NCBI RefSeq assembly: GCF_021028975.2
Contig: NC_059425.1
Coordinates: 171,554,001 to 171,618,000 of the forward strand
Source of the DNA: Sphaerodactylus townsendi
Taxonomy: Eukaryota
Direction of reading: 5' to 3'
DNA length: 64,000 nt
Both the position numbers and the translations under genes were made by a program. Below, in pieces: positions 37,583 to 50,050 of this stretch. A model generated the notes under the pieces. That model was not told where the DNA came from, ran no database searches, and saw only the letters and a program-made list of their open reading frames with translations. Each line of letters begins with the position of its first letter. The stretch's first letter is position 1.

Positions 37583-38049
37583 CTGGTGGAAAAAAAAAGA
37601 AAGGAATAAAGGGGGTATTTTTAATTTAACAAGGCAAGTCAGAAGGGGTTTTTACTTTTAGGAATAGTCAAGAGACTTATCTGCAGTATGAATCCCTAAA
37701 AGGCAAAAGAAGGACACCATCTTATTTTAAAATTATGTAATTTGAATCCAGCTCTTCCATTTTATTATTAAATTTTGAGGTGGCATCAGAAGGCTCCTGG
37801 TGTTCATAACTGACAAAGACGTCAGGCATTAGCCCATGTAATTACTGTCTACTTGGGGCCCGCATACTTGGCTGGGCAGACCTGAAAAAACCATAGTATC
37901 AACCAGATTAGAAACAGGGCAATCTTAAAAAGAGTTGCACCCAAGGATGTAACTCTACAGAAAAATGTACTGCCAGACTACTGTCTGTACCCTTTTTCTA
38001 GAGACGTAGTAGTCTCAAGATAAGCCAATTTATAAAATCCTACCTTTTC

Positions 38050-38053
<4 letters not shown>

Positions 38054-38106
<53 letters not shown>
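38054..38106. repeat. (CT)n microsatellite
   Basis: Directly visible. Confidence 0.97.
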
Positions 38107-38109
<3 letters not shown>

Positions 38110-38580
38110 TGTGTGTATAAAATGCTGTTCAGTTTTTTCAAGGCAAGAGACGTTCGGAAATGGTTTGCCACTGCCGGCCTCTGGGTGGGCTGAGAGAGTT
38201 CTGAGAGAACTGTGACTGGCCCAAGTTCACCCAGCAAACTTCATCTGGAGGAGTGGGGAATTGAACCCGCTGTTCTTAACCACTACGCTACACTAACTCT
38301 CGTGCATACACCCGGCATGAAGTCAGCTGAATTAAAAGTAAATGTTTACACTGTTTTCTAGTGGCCTGTGTTCACACCCCTCAGAACACGTTAAGGTGGT
38401 TTTCTAAGCTCCCTCAAACAACAGCAACTGCTATAATTCTAGAGGAGTATTTGCAAAGGAGGAAGAGAAAAATGTTAGTATCTGGAGCTTTCATTGTAGG
38501 GGAAAACACAGGGGCAACACTAGTTAAAGGTGGCGTTTGTCAGACTTAAAAGTGAAGGCAGAGAAAAAAAGAAGACTCAC

Positions 38581-38766
38581 CTGTTGGAAAGTGACCACCA
38601 AAGAACATATTAAATATTTCTTCTGGTGTGATGTCTGCTTCAAACTCCCTATAATAATTGTAGTGTTTGGGCAGGTTGCTATACACGGGCTCTTCTTCAT
38701 CCCCAAACAGATCATACTGCAGTCTTTTCTCAGGGTTGCTCAGAATCGCAAAAGCAGTGCCTATTG
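38581..38766 (-). CDS. DNAJC18: DNAJC18 coding exon 4
   Basis: AIGTAFAILSNPEKRLQYDLFG...FEADITPEEIFNMFFGGHFPT; 186 nt. Confidence 0.96.
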
Positions 38767-39854
38767 CTAGAGTGTGGAAGAGCAAGAAACAAGAAGTTAT
38801 GTTCCTGGGACTAGCCATGGTGACTGCAATCTGGCATAACATTGGCTTGCAATAACAGCTGCTCAGAAAGTAGCCCTGAAGTGTTTTTTTTTAAAAAACC
38901 TCCATGGCTTTAGGTTGGATTCTTTATTTTTGGCTCTATGGGCGCCAGAGTATTTCTCTGGCGTGATGTGGCTACTGATAGTGTAAAATGACCTTGTGCC
39001 TCTGAGAAGCATTTTATAGCAAAGGAATGTGTCCACACTGGGAAAGAAAATTGGAGCCATTAAAATAAACACAACTGAAATAAGCAGGACATTATAGAAC
39101 AGGGGTCTGCAACCTGTGGTTCCCCAGATATTCATGGATTACAACTCCAATCAGTCCCTACCAGAATGGCCAATTGGCCATGCTGGCAGGGGCTGATTGG
39201 AATTGTAGTCCATGAACATTTGGAGAGCCACAGGTTGCAGACCCCTATTATGGAATAGCTTAGTTTCCAGAATGGCCGGGACAGCATTCCAACGATGTAA
39301 CACTTATATTTCATCCTTCCTTCAAGACGCCAATGGCAACACAAATGGGACTGCAGCATAATGTTGGATAATTTTCTATTTGAGGAAAGAATATTTGTCA
39401 GTGGAATTGGAATTTTTTTACCTTCCCTAACCTTTGGCAGCCCACTGGACTTCCTGGGGTCCCTCAGATGACCATCCTGGGGAACACCAGCAACTTGAGG
39501 GGCAACCTGGGGAAGGTCTACCTAGTAGGGTGACCATTCCATTTGTAGAACATTTCTACCCAAGTTTCCATTGAATAATATAAAGCCACCTCTATGGAAT
39601 GACATACTGTGCCTTTTCAATGAACACTACAGAGCAAAGAAATTACTAAACTTAACCAAGGTATCACCCTACATATTTGGAATTACCAGCTGAAAACACA
39701 GATAGGATTCAGATCAGCCTCTACAATCTCTCTGGTCCTACATTTTTTGGGGGGTCAGAGTACTAGAACATTTTCTCTTTTCATGAAGCTCTACAGCACA
39801 ACACTCACTTTGTACCCCAGAACCACAGCCTATCCAGATATTGTTGTCAAATAC

Positions 39855-40000
39855 CTTTAAATGCTTCCGTTGCTCCAGGAGCACAATTTTTGTCGGGGTG
39901 AAATTTAAGGGCCAGCTTTCGGTACGCTTTCTTCACTTCCTCGTCTGTGGCATTGCTCTCAATGCCTAGAATCTCATAATAATTCTTACACCGCTTTATT
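39855..40000 (-). CDS. DNAJC18: DNAJC18 coding exon 3 (J-domain, HPD motif)
   Basis: [48 protein letters not shown]; 146 nt. Confidence 0.97.
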
Positions 40001-40493
40001 CTACAAAATAAGCACAAATCTTTAATGGCACATTTGTCACAAACAGCCTGTACAAAAAAAAATCTCTTACTGAGCCCCAATTTGTACTTGTGAGTACAGA
40101 AACCCCATTGCCCCCCACAAATGGAAGTTTCAGGGCTCATAATTCAAAGAGGAGCTATTCTAGTATATTATTCTGAATTGTGGATCTGCAGACTTACGCA
40201 GGCACATCATTTGGAGAGAAAGGGCTTTTCTTTTTTGCCATCAAGTCACAGCTGGCTGACTCATAGCGGTTTTACTCATAGTAAGTTTTTCAAGGCAACA
40301 GATGTTCAGAGGTGGTTTGCCATTGCTTGCCTCTGCTTCTTGCTCCTGGTATTCCTTGGAGGTCTTCCCATCCAAATACTAGCCAGGATCAAGGCTGAGA
40401 GTGCATGACTGGCCCAAGATCACCCAGCAAAGCTTCCATGTGGATTCAAACTTGGTTTTTATAGGTCCCAGTCTGACACTTAAACCACTATAC

Positions 40494-40881
40494 CAGGGAT
40501 GGCCAACCTTTTTGAGACCAAGTGCCCAAATTGCAACCCAAAACCCACTTATTTATCGCAAAGTGCCAACACAGCAATTTAACCCGAATACTGAGGTTTT
40601 AGTTTAGAAACGCGTTACTCGAGAGTAAGCTTGGTGAAGCAACTGTGCAATGCTTCAAATGGGTGAATCACGACACTAGGAGGGTTTACTCAGAAGCAAG
40701 CCCCATTGCCAGCAACCGAGCTTACTCCCAAGTAAACAATCGCGCCCTGGCCAGCCTAGATGTGTGTGTGTGGGAGGGGTGATTTTCCGCCCCTCCACAT
40801 GACAGACTCTGTGCACGCGTGCCCACAGAAAGGGCTCTGAGTGCCACCTCTGGCACCCGTGCCATAGGTTCGCCACCGCTG
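40494..40881 (-). mobile_element. Internally deleted hAT transposon copy, inserted in a SINE head
   Basis: Reverse complement of the 11732 family; TSD cactatac/tactatac. Confidence 0.8.
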
Positions 40882-41045
40882 TACTATACCATGCTGGCTC
40901 TCCAAAGTAGGGTACACATGAAGTAAATAAATGAGAATTGCCCCCTCTTCATCGAGGGAAACTTTGCACAAGGAATCTAGTAATACAGACTACAGGTGAC
41001 AACTGATAAGCATACATATTGTAGGCACAGAGACTTCGTGCTTAC

Positions 41046-41229
41046 CTTTGAACCCCAAGCAGTTGTTCTTTCGTGTAAGTCCTGTTTCCTTCTCCAGGGA
41101 GGGGCTGATTCCTCCAACAGTCAGACACATCCTCCTTCATCCTCAGATAGTCACTACAGCAACAGCAGTCGAAGTCTTCTCGTGTTTCCTCTGCTGCATA
41201 TGGATTTCTTCTGAGCTCATCAATTAATG
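41046..41229 (-). CDS. DNAJC18: DNAJC18 coding exon 2
   Basis: ALIDELRRNPY...DCCCCSD...EGNRTYTKEQLLGVQR resembles human AYIDAVRRNKY...EGNSTYSEEQLLGVQR; 184 nt. Confidence 0.93.
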
Positions 41230-42516
41230 CTACAAAGAAAGGCAGGTGCGATTGGTGGACAACACAAAGATGCAGGCATCACAAAACATGCACACACGCC
41301 CCTGAGGTCAAAGAGAAAAAGGAGTTCCTTGTTCCTGCCACACGTGTAATTTAGGCGATCGTTCATACGGAAAACAAACAAACAAGAAATACTGCAGGAT
41401 TTGGATACTTACTGGAATTTGTACCTTTTGTTTTGATGTCACATTGATCATAGGAGCTCTCTGTTTTACAAGTTTTTTGTTACCAGAGCCCAAAGGATGA
41501 AAAGCAAAATAAAGGGGTGATTCACCCAACTTCACACCTTGTTTTGCTCATGTAAACTCCAACTAGTGTGCTAACTGAAGGATTTGAAAAGGAAGCTGGC
41601 CCCAGCACATGCAACAGGCGCATTTGGAAATGGAAAGAGAAATAAAGCTGGAGCTTCAAAGATTACAAGGAAAGGCAAAAACCAGGACTAGTTTTCACTG
41701 ACATGGTTTCTCAACACTTGACACTGGGTGTTCACTTAAACTGGTAAATAGATTTAGATGAAATCCTGGATTCAGGCTTTTAGGTTGCTGTTCCTTTCCA
41801 TCCTGCACAGTTGCTTCAAAACGCCTTATCATGTTTAATAACAGCAAACTCCCTTCCCCACTCCACTGACATTTCTCTCCCTCCACTACCCTCCATCTCA
41901 CAGCCTACTCTCCCCTCCAGTGCTTCTAGTATGAAGAATTGCAGGGAAGCAGTTCAAGCAGCTAATCTAACAGAGCAGCCCTAAAGACAAACAAATAGCA
42001 CATACCACAAATTCTTGCAGAACCCACTTCATCCTGTGCGTGATGAGAACTGGCAAATGCACACGGGGAGGTGTGTGTGTCTGTGTGTGTGGGGGGGGGG
42101 GGGGAGGGAGGGGAATGCAGAAACTGGAGCCATGCAAAAGCACTGGCATACCTGTAATATGTCTAAGCAAACCTCAAATGGATACCAAACAAGAATACAT
42201 TGCTATGTGTGTAGTTGAGCTGGGCACAGAAACACCAGACCTTATTGCTCTCTTGCATTCCATATACATTTGGCTCACTTTTTTCCAATTTTTCTTGTCT
42301 GTACACGTGTATGATATGCGCCTGTTTCATACACCGGATTAAGCTTATGCCATACACGAAAGCTTATGCCATAAGAAATCCGCTAGTCTTAAAGATGCCA
42401 CCGACCATACAGACCCCTTTCCTTGTGATCACTTCAAGCACGCAGCCCCTCCCCAGCCTCCCCCGTTATCCCTCCATCCCACAAGGCTCTGAGGTCACCG
42501 CACGGGGAAGAGTTAC

Positions 42517-42553
42517 CTTCAGCCCAGCGCTCCCCATGGCCCAGCGCTGCCAT
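42517..42553 (-). CDS. DNAJC18: DNAJC18 coding exon 1
   Basis: aaaATGg; MAALGHGERWAE resembles human MAATLGSGERWTE; eight exons total 1074 nt = 357 aa + stop. Confidence 0.92.
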
Positions 42554-43110
42554 TTTCCATTTGGAGAAAAGGGGAGGAGAGGTGAAAAGGGACGAGACGG
42601 GTTCACGTGATCTGCAATTCCCACGACAGCCTGGCAACCTGGGTGTTGTAGTCCCCCTCCCGCTCTCTCACCTAGAACTTTTGCCGCGGGAGCGACAGAC
42701 CTCCACCAAGGCTGGCTTTCACGCTAGTTTCTCCAGTTGCATCCCAGTGTCAACGTAGCCCCAGCTGGTGACTTCCACTGCACATGAGTGATGCCTTGTG
42801 CGATGGAGCGTCGCGGCCTAGAGCGGCGCTCCACCGGCGGCCATAGAGAACGCGGCCTACAACATGCTCCACCGGCGGCCATAGAGAAGGAAGGCAGTGC
42901 CTTGGAAGACCGGAAGTCCAGGCTGCATCCCGTTGCAGCGCCTGGGAAAAACGCGACTGTGGGGTGCAAATCGTTTCCTCATGTCTGTTTGTTTCTTCTG
43001 CTGAGGCAGAGGGGAAAGGAGCAATCTTACTCCATAGCCATTCTGTTTTCCTGTTTTCTTTCTCTTTGCGCCACACGCCGTTAAGTCTCCCGTGATTTCG
43101 TTCATAGGCA
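42554..43110 (-). promoter_or_regulatory. DNAJC18 5' UTR and CpG-rich promoter
   Basis: CpG enrichment, E-box cacgtg at ~42604, ETS site ccggaagt at ~42910, tandem 39-bp duplication. Confidence 0.6.
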
Positions 43111-43419
43111 CCCTTGGCAGTAATTCTGTATATATGCTGGTGAGGCGTTGCTAGGGCTAAAAACCCTCAGTGCTTTGCAATAGATACTTTAACGGGGAGT
43201 CGGTTCTAGAGATGCTAAGAAGTCTCAGTTGGCAGAAGTGCCAGCTGAGATTTTTTAGCATCTCACTGCCATGCTGGAAGGCCCCTGTTTATTTTGCCAC
43301 AAATAAATTAAGATGGAGACCTGTCTGGGTTTATTACCTTGTTCCATAGGATTGTAGCCTTATCATGGAACCAGAACCCTCTTTAGGCACAAAGGAAACC
43401 AATGAGCTTTCTGAGGCAG

Positions 43420-43423
<4 letters not shown>

Positions 43424-43452
<29 letters not shown>

Positions 43453-43623
43453 GTTGTTGTTGTTGTTGTTTGTTGTTATTATTATTATTGTAGATTTCAC
43501 AGCTGCCAGATCTTTAGCTGGTTTTTGGCCTTCATTACAATTTGAGCCTCACCCAGAGGCCTAGGAAGTTGTAATGTATCGGCGTAATATTTGTGCGGAT
43601 CCCAGCAGGGCTGCCTTCTGAAT
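43424..43623 (-). mobile_element. R4/Dong-type LINE 3' end with (TAA/CAA)n tail
   Basis: Reverse complement of 27061-27215. Confidence 0.65.
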
Positions 43624-44806
43624 TTTTTATCTTTGTTATTTACAGCAGATTACACAGTGAGTCAATATCATCGACAGGATGGGATATGCAATAAACAATA
43701 TAATAACATTAGAGTTGTAGAATCAATCAGAAATCTAAAACCAAAACTGAGGAAAAGTATAATTATTAAGTGACAATGTATTGTCGAAGACCAGGAAAAC
43801 CACAACAGTCAATTAACGTGACACATAGAGGTTGAAATCCCAGGAACCCTTTCTTGTAAGTACGCCCACTGAATAAAATGGAACTTTCTTTGGAGTAGAC
43901 CTGTTTAGGATTCCCCTCCAAATGATGCATAGGGGGAAGGTTTTTTAAGTAGTTTTATGGTAGTTTTAAAGGCTGTTCTACAATTTTCTGATTGCACCCA
44001 ACCCAGGGACTTCAGTGATGGCGAGAAACAAGTATGCAGATAAAACAAATAAATATTTACATAGCAGGGGTCTAGTTTCAGCAAGCTAAATGCAGCACAA
44101 CAAACTGCGCTGCACAACAAAACAAAAGTCCAGCACCACTTGAAAGACTAGCAACATGTCTATATGGTATCTTATTCATTTGCGTTTTATCTCAGCCACC
44201 AACCTTCAACGCGGCTACCCCACTCTAGATCTATAAGCTCAGGAAGCTTTCTACAGCTTTAGATGTTATTGTTGCGGTCAACTGACCTGTAAAAATGCCA
44301 TCTTGTTATTAACTGGTTTTTAATATTTATATTTTATGTTTTTATAATTATATATTTGTTATATATATGTAATCTGCCTCGAGTCCCTTATTATTTATTT
44401 ATTAGTTTGATTTACTATACCGCCCTATCCCCTAAGGGCTCTGGGTGGTATACAAATTAAACAAACACATCCATATACCCCAATAAAAGGAATAAATGAC
44501 ATTTCAGTTAAAACAATTTAAAACATCCAATACCTCCAACAACACAGATCTAATCAACAGTAGCAGCAATATCAGTAGCCCAGTCATACAGCAGTCAAAT
44601 TCTCTTGGAAGATTTGGCAGAATAGAAATGTAAAATATCAATCATTAAATAAAACATACGTACAACAGAAAAACAATATCTGGCTAACAATAACAAACAG
44701 GTCCAAAGATTAAAAGAACGAAAGGGGTAAAGCTACATAGACTTGGGAGCAGAATATTACAACAAGGGAACGACCACTTGGGAGGGCTGGCTTCCTTCAG
44801 CTATAG

Positions 44807-45446
44807 CAGTGGTGGCGAACCTATGGCATGTATGCCAGAGGTGGCACTCAGAGCCCTCTCTGTGGGCACATGAAAACAGAGTCCCCCCCCCCCCCCCGCC
44901 ATCTAGGCTGACCTGGGCTGCTGGGCTCGATTATTAGCAGTAAACCTAAGATGTCCTAGGCTGATTCCACATGGGCCAAAAACAGTGGTGTGAAAATGGT
45001 ATAAAAGGGTTTAAAACAGTATAAAAGGTTTTATACCATTTTCACACTGTTTTCACACTGCTGTTTTGGGTCCATGCGGAATCAGCCTTAGTTTTCGGGA
45101 AGCAGTGTAGGTAACCCTGTTAAACCCCACTGATTTTCATGCAAAGAACTAAAGTGTGATCCTTTACCTGGGAGTAAGCTCAGTTGTTGGCAATGGGGCT
45201 TGCTTCTGAGTAAACCCTCCTAGGGTTGTGATTCACCCGTTGGAAGAGTTGCACGGTTGCTTCAAAGCAAAGCCACCGACTACCACCAAGCTTACTCCCA
45301 AGTAACACATGCCTCAGAACCAACCGGTTTTTCTAAACTAAAACCTCAGCACTCAGGTTAAATTGCTGTGTTGGCACTTTGCGATAAATAAGTGGGTTTT
45401 GGGTTGCAATTTGGGCACTCGGTCTCGAAAAGGTTCGCCATCACTG
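44807..45446 (+). mobile_element. hAT transposon copy with a nested Harbinger-like MITE (44959-45087)
   Basis: Family TIRs; inner palindrome ggctgattccacatgg...ccatgcggaatcagcc flanked by cta/tta. Confidence 0.8.
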
Positions 45447-45514
45447 AGCTACACCAATGGGCTAAGCATTATATTTAATGTCACAGTTTTAACTCTACCA
45501 TGAAAGCTGGCCTT

Positions 45515-46075
45515 GTCAGCTATATAAAGAGACGGGCAAATGTCTCCGCTTAGGGCGGTAGCCCCGCCTCCGTCGCAACATGCCTCGCCATTGGCTGCCC
45601 GGATGGTTTCCGGCTACGCAGTTATCGCTGCCCGTGCGGCAACTCCGTTCCACCGCGAGGGAAAGCGGGGCCGAACCGCGCAGTCGCAGGGGGTCACCTT
45701 CGGGGACGGGGTGGGGGCGCCGTCGTCTCGGCTTGGTTTCCCGCACGGTCGCGCTGCGAGGCGAAGGGGAGGCGTCGTCGTTGTCGCCGTTGCGGCCTCC
45801 GCCGCCCTGAGCCTCGCCTCCCCTCCCCCACTTTCCTCCTCGTGTGGCGCGGCTCTTAGGCCCGAGAGGACGGACTCCCCCCTCGCCCTCTCCCCCCCTC
45901 TCCGCCCTGGGCGGCGGCGGGGGCGGCGGCGGCGGGGAGGAGCAGGTCGCGGGAGGAGGGAGCAGGTGAGTCATTGCCCCCCCTCCGCGGGGAGGGAGGG
46001 GAAACGGGGGCGTCGCCTGGAGGGGGAGAGGCAGGGAAGCCCCCTCCCCCGTTAGCCTTATCTATGCCCCCCGGG
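45515..46075 (+). promoter_or_regulatory. ZC3H13: ZC3H13 CpG-island promoter and non-coding exon 1 (donor CAG|GTGAGT at 45965/45966)
   Basis: Strong CpG island, tatataaa at ~45521, GC box, inverted CCAAT, consensus 5' splice site; next coding exon on this strand is ZC3H13. Confidence 0.75.
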
Positions 46076-46467
46076 GTCAACTCATTGGGATTTAATAATG
46101 CCATTTTTAAAGGGCAAGGATCTGCAAATTCTCTGCATTTTTAAAAATAAATTACCGCCATTTTAGGGTCCAGCAGTGGTGTCCTCTGCAGTCTGCCAGA
46201 TCGTCCCCGATTATTACCATTATTCAGAACATCTGACCAAGGAGACCTTGGAGTAGAACTCAGAATTCGTTCGCTTCTCACATTCTTGAAGTATTGTCCC
46301 CTCACAATTGCAGTTTTTGCTGTTTGCTAGAACTTTTTAAAATTATTAACTGTCCTGAGGCTCGCCGTGGTGGGGAAAAGGCTGGATAAAAATCTGATTA
46401 ATACATTAGTTGTTGTTTTCTATAGCTTTTACCTGAAGATGTGGTCGTGTGCTGGGATGCTGGGGGA

Positions 46468-46690
46468 ACCAGTTTGTGTAGTGGTTAGCGTGTCGGATCA
46501 GGGTTTCAGGAAGCTGGGTTCGAATCCCTGTTCTGCTGTGGAAGCTCACTGGGTGAGGTTGGGCTGGTCGCTGCTCTCAGCCTAACCTATCTCACAGGGT
46601 TGTTGTGAGGATGAAATGCAGGGGACGGGAATGATGTACGTTACTTTGTTTCACCGTTGCAAAGAAAAGTGGGGTGAGGGTATAAATGAA
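46468..46690 (+). mobile_element. tRNA-derived (MIR-like core) SINE
   Basis: tgtagtggttag A box, gggttcgaatccc B box, acctatctcacagggttgttgtgagga core. Confidence 0.7.
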
Positions 46691-46724
46691 GTAACTGGAT
46701 AGATCTGATGTGTGGTATGATTCA

Positions 46725-46875
46725 GGCCCCTTCTGCACATGCAGAATATTGCACTTTCATTCCATTTTTACAATTGTTTGCAAGTTGATTTTGCTATTTC
46801 ACATAGTGAAATCCAGCTGCAAAGTGCATTGGAAGTGGATTGAAAGTGCATTATTCTGCATGTGCGGAAGGGGCC
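46725..46875. mobile_element. PIF/Harbinger-like MITE
   Basis: TIR ggccccttctgcacatg; 3-bp TSD tca/tca; second copy 57111-57240. Confidence 0.75.
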
Positions 46876-49845
46876 TCAGTGTCTCTTGAGGGTCATTTAC
46901 AATGACAGGACAGTGTGGCTTTTCTGTCTATAGTATATTATTATTTTGCTTTTCCTCCAAAGGACTCAGAACAGTGTGCATGGGTTCCTTCCCCATTTTG
47001 TCCTCTCATCAATCCTGTTGGATTGATCGGGCTGATTTCCAAGGGATTCTGCAGCTGCTAGAATGTGAAACGTTGCACATGCAGAAAGGGGCAGGATATT
47101 TAATTTGATATCACTTGCAAAATTTCATGCTTTTGTTGCACTGACACTTCTTTGGTTTGATCTGGATAAAGCATGCTCTTGTTTTTATCAGATTCTGAAC
47201 AAAGTTCCTTTTTCTGTCTTGCAAGGTGGAACAGAGAGTTCTCTTATACCTTCTCTCAAAAACTGCTCAATACCAGGAGCTGGTTTATTTGTGTTGCTAG
47301 GTTTCCAAGAGATCTGATAAGATTGTTCAGTTTTCAATTGAAAATCGCAAGATCGGGAGAAAAGTGTTCTATAAATTCCACCAGCTTTTGCTGGGCCGCC
47401 TTATCAAGCTCTTCTGGTGATGCAAATGCTTTCTTATGACATTCATTGCTTGCATCACCTTCCAGTTACAGGTGTCCTCTGTTTTTTTAGTCTAGGTACA
47501 ATCCCTTGGCTAAGACAAAAACATGCAGAAGGATAAAATCTGTAGATTTTTGAGGGGCAATTGTTTCGCTGCAGGTATGTCTAGAGAAGAAAAGCTGCAA
47601 TCGACAAGTGTCTGTCTTTGGAGGATATTGTTTACTAATATGACAATGATAATATAAGATAATACGCCTCCATTCATTCTTCTAAAAAAATGTGAGGAGG
47701 GAGGAATTTTACCCCACAGCTTTGTTAGTTTTAACAGATTTGTAGTTTAACCACTTGGGGTTGATCTTGTATCTACATGTCCTCAGCTGAGGAGACTTGT
47801 GCTGAGAAAGAAGGGCTGTTTGATGGGAAAGGTAGATACAGAAGTGATTTTCAAAATATGCTCCTAGGAATCTTGGGGTTCTCAATGAGAAAACTGTAAT
47901 AGAACATTGGTTTTATTGATGGGTTGCAAATAATTTAACAACTGGTTCCAGTGGTGGGATTCAAATAATTTAACAACTGGTTGTTTACAAGCACTATTTT
48001 AACAACCGGTTCTGCCGAAGTGGTGTGAACCTGCTGAATCCCACCACTGGAAGGACCTATTGCTAGCTCAGAGGGTGAGCAAAGGTGGTATGTTCCTTTG
48101 TACATGCTACAAGAGAAGTAGGAGGATAGTAAGATAATTTAGCAACAACTTAAAAAAATCTTTCAAAAACAACCAGAAAAAACCACAAACTAATAAAAGG
48201 AGGAAAAGGTGTATATGTGAAGCAGGAATGGGAACAAAACAACAGTGATGGCAGAGCTACATTTAATTTTCCATAAAAGGTTTCCAGAGATATCTGAAAA
48301 TAAGTCAACTATATGCCATGTGTTCAAATGTTGATAAAGTTGTTAAGTTCTCAGTCCGTTGATTTACAGGAGGTGGACATTAATCTCTCCAGTGTTGTGA
48401 CATGAGTCTTTTAGCTGTAGTTAAGGCCCTGTGGGTCCATTTTCGTTTACTACTGATTACTCTCCAAGAGGCAAGCAGATAATTTGAAAAGTACATAGGA
48501 ACCCTCAGAAATCGTTCGGTGGTGATGAAGATACCATTTTAGCATATACAGGTCCAGAATCTTCCTCCTGCAAATTCTGTCTCTTGCCTTACTTTTCTTC
48601 CCCAAGCTACACCGTCTCCTACGTAGTCCTCCAATGTTCTGCAGGCTGTTTCAGGGCAGAGTCCTCTTCCTTTACCATTGAGATCTTCAGGCTCTTTGTC
48701 CTCTTATTACGTGACTCTGATGCCACGTGACTGTTGGTCACATGAATGCAGCTCAGTGGGTCCTATGCTAGCTCTGGAAACGCCGAAGACCACTATCCCA
48801 GGATATTTCGTAGAATGCCTTGTGGCGAATGGGAATTTTGCAGACCTGTCACTGTGAAAAAGCTTCTTTTTGAATAGAAGATAGGAGAATTGTTTTCTGA
48901 GGGGGTGTTAGTCCAAGTTAGTGTTATCTTTCATATGGGAAGAAATAAAGTCTAAGGAAAGTACAGTTGTGGCCCAGTGTTGTACCGGTGTGTCCTTGAG
49001 GTCTCAACTTTTAGAATTGTGATGATTGTCCCTGGGAATTTCATTAGATTTTTCAAGCACATGGCTCCAGGCAATATCTGCCGTTCTTGAGAAAAGAGTT
49101 CTCCATGGCCCAAGCTGATGTTGTTGATACCAGTTTAATTGTTGTGGTACTACCCAGTAAATTTTGAAGGTTATCGTTTGGTGACAACATAAAGAATGGT
49201 TAGATTTTTAATAATCATCCCCATCCCTGGCACTTTGGGATCAGAGACCTTTTAAAAAAAATCTTTCCGCCTGTCCAGTTGTGTCAGAATTCTGTGAGAA
49301 GGATACAGGTTGTGCTTCCCATTCAAAAGCAGTGCTTTACAAATAGATGGCACTCGAAGTTGGACGCTCATCAAATAGGCCCAGATCTAATCAGGAAGCC
49401 TAACGTTTTGAAAACTGCATGCCCACCCAGATTTCCTTTAGTAACGAAAGGGAATGACTGTTAAATCAATTCATATGTGTAGCACAGATATGTCTTTTAA
49501 TGTGAGTCTGAAATCCAATTCTGGCACATGCCCGCACAAGCTTTGGACAAGCAGGTTCTACAAGAGCTGTGAAAACGAATGCTGGGTCATCAGTTACAAA
49601 TTTTAAGCATTCATCTGATAGAACACTCTTTTAAGTTCTTTCTTAATTGGATGCCATTTTTGCATAAACATTGGTAGGAGCAATGGGCATCCAGCATTAA
49701 TAATAATCTTTATTTTTTAGAAAGTTAATCATGTGGACCTATACAGAACGAGGACCTACTTTGAGGGGAAAAGATGCTCGAGGAGAAAATGTGAGGCTGG
49801 CTGCCTTTTTCCAACAGCATCCTTAAATGTAGAATATTTTAAATA

Positions 49846-50050
49846 AGAACATAAGAACAAGCCTGCTGGATCAGACCAGAGTCCATCTAGTCCAGCTCTC
49901 TGCTACTCGCAGTGGCCCACCAGGTGCCTTTGGGAGCTCACATGCAGGATGTGAAAGCAATGGCCTTCTGCGGCTGTTGCTCCCGAGCACCTGGACTGTT
50001 AAGGCATTTGCAATCTCAGATCAAAGAGGATCAAGATTGGTAGACATAAA
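49846..50050 (-). mobile_element. CR1-type LINE 3' end
   Basis: Homolog of 31413-31690. Confidence 0.7.

Noticed and set aside
45516-46104. Long Pro/Gly/Arg-rich ORFs on both strands
   Set aside because: Stop-poor CpG-island sequence of the ZC3H13 promoter; no homology recognised
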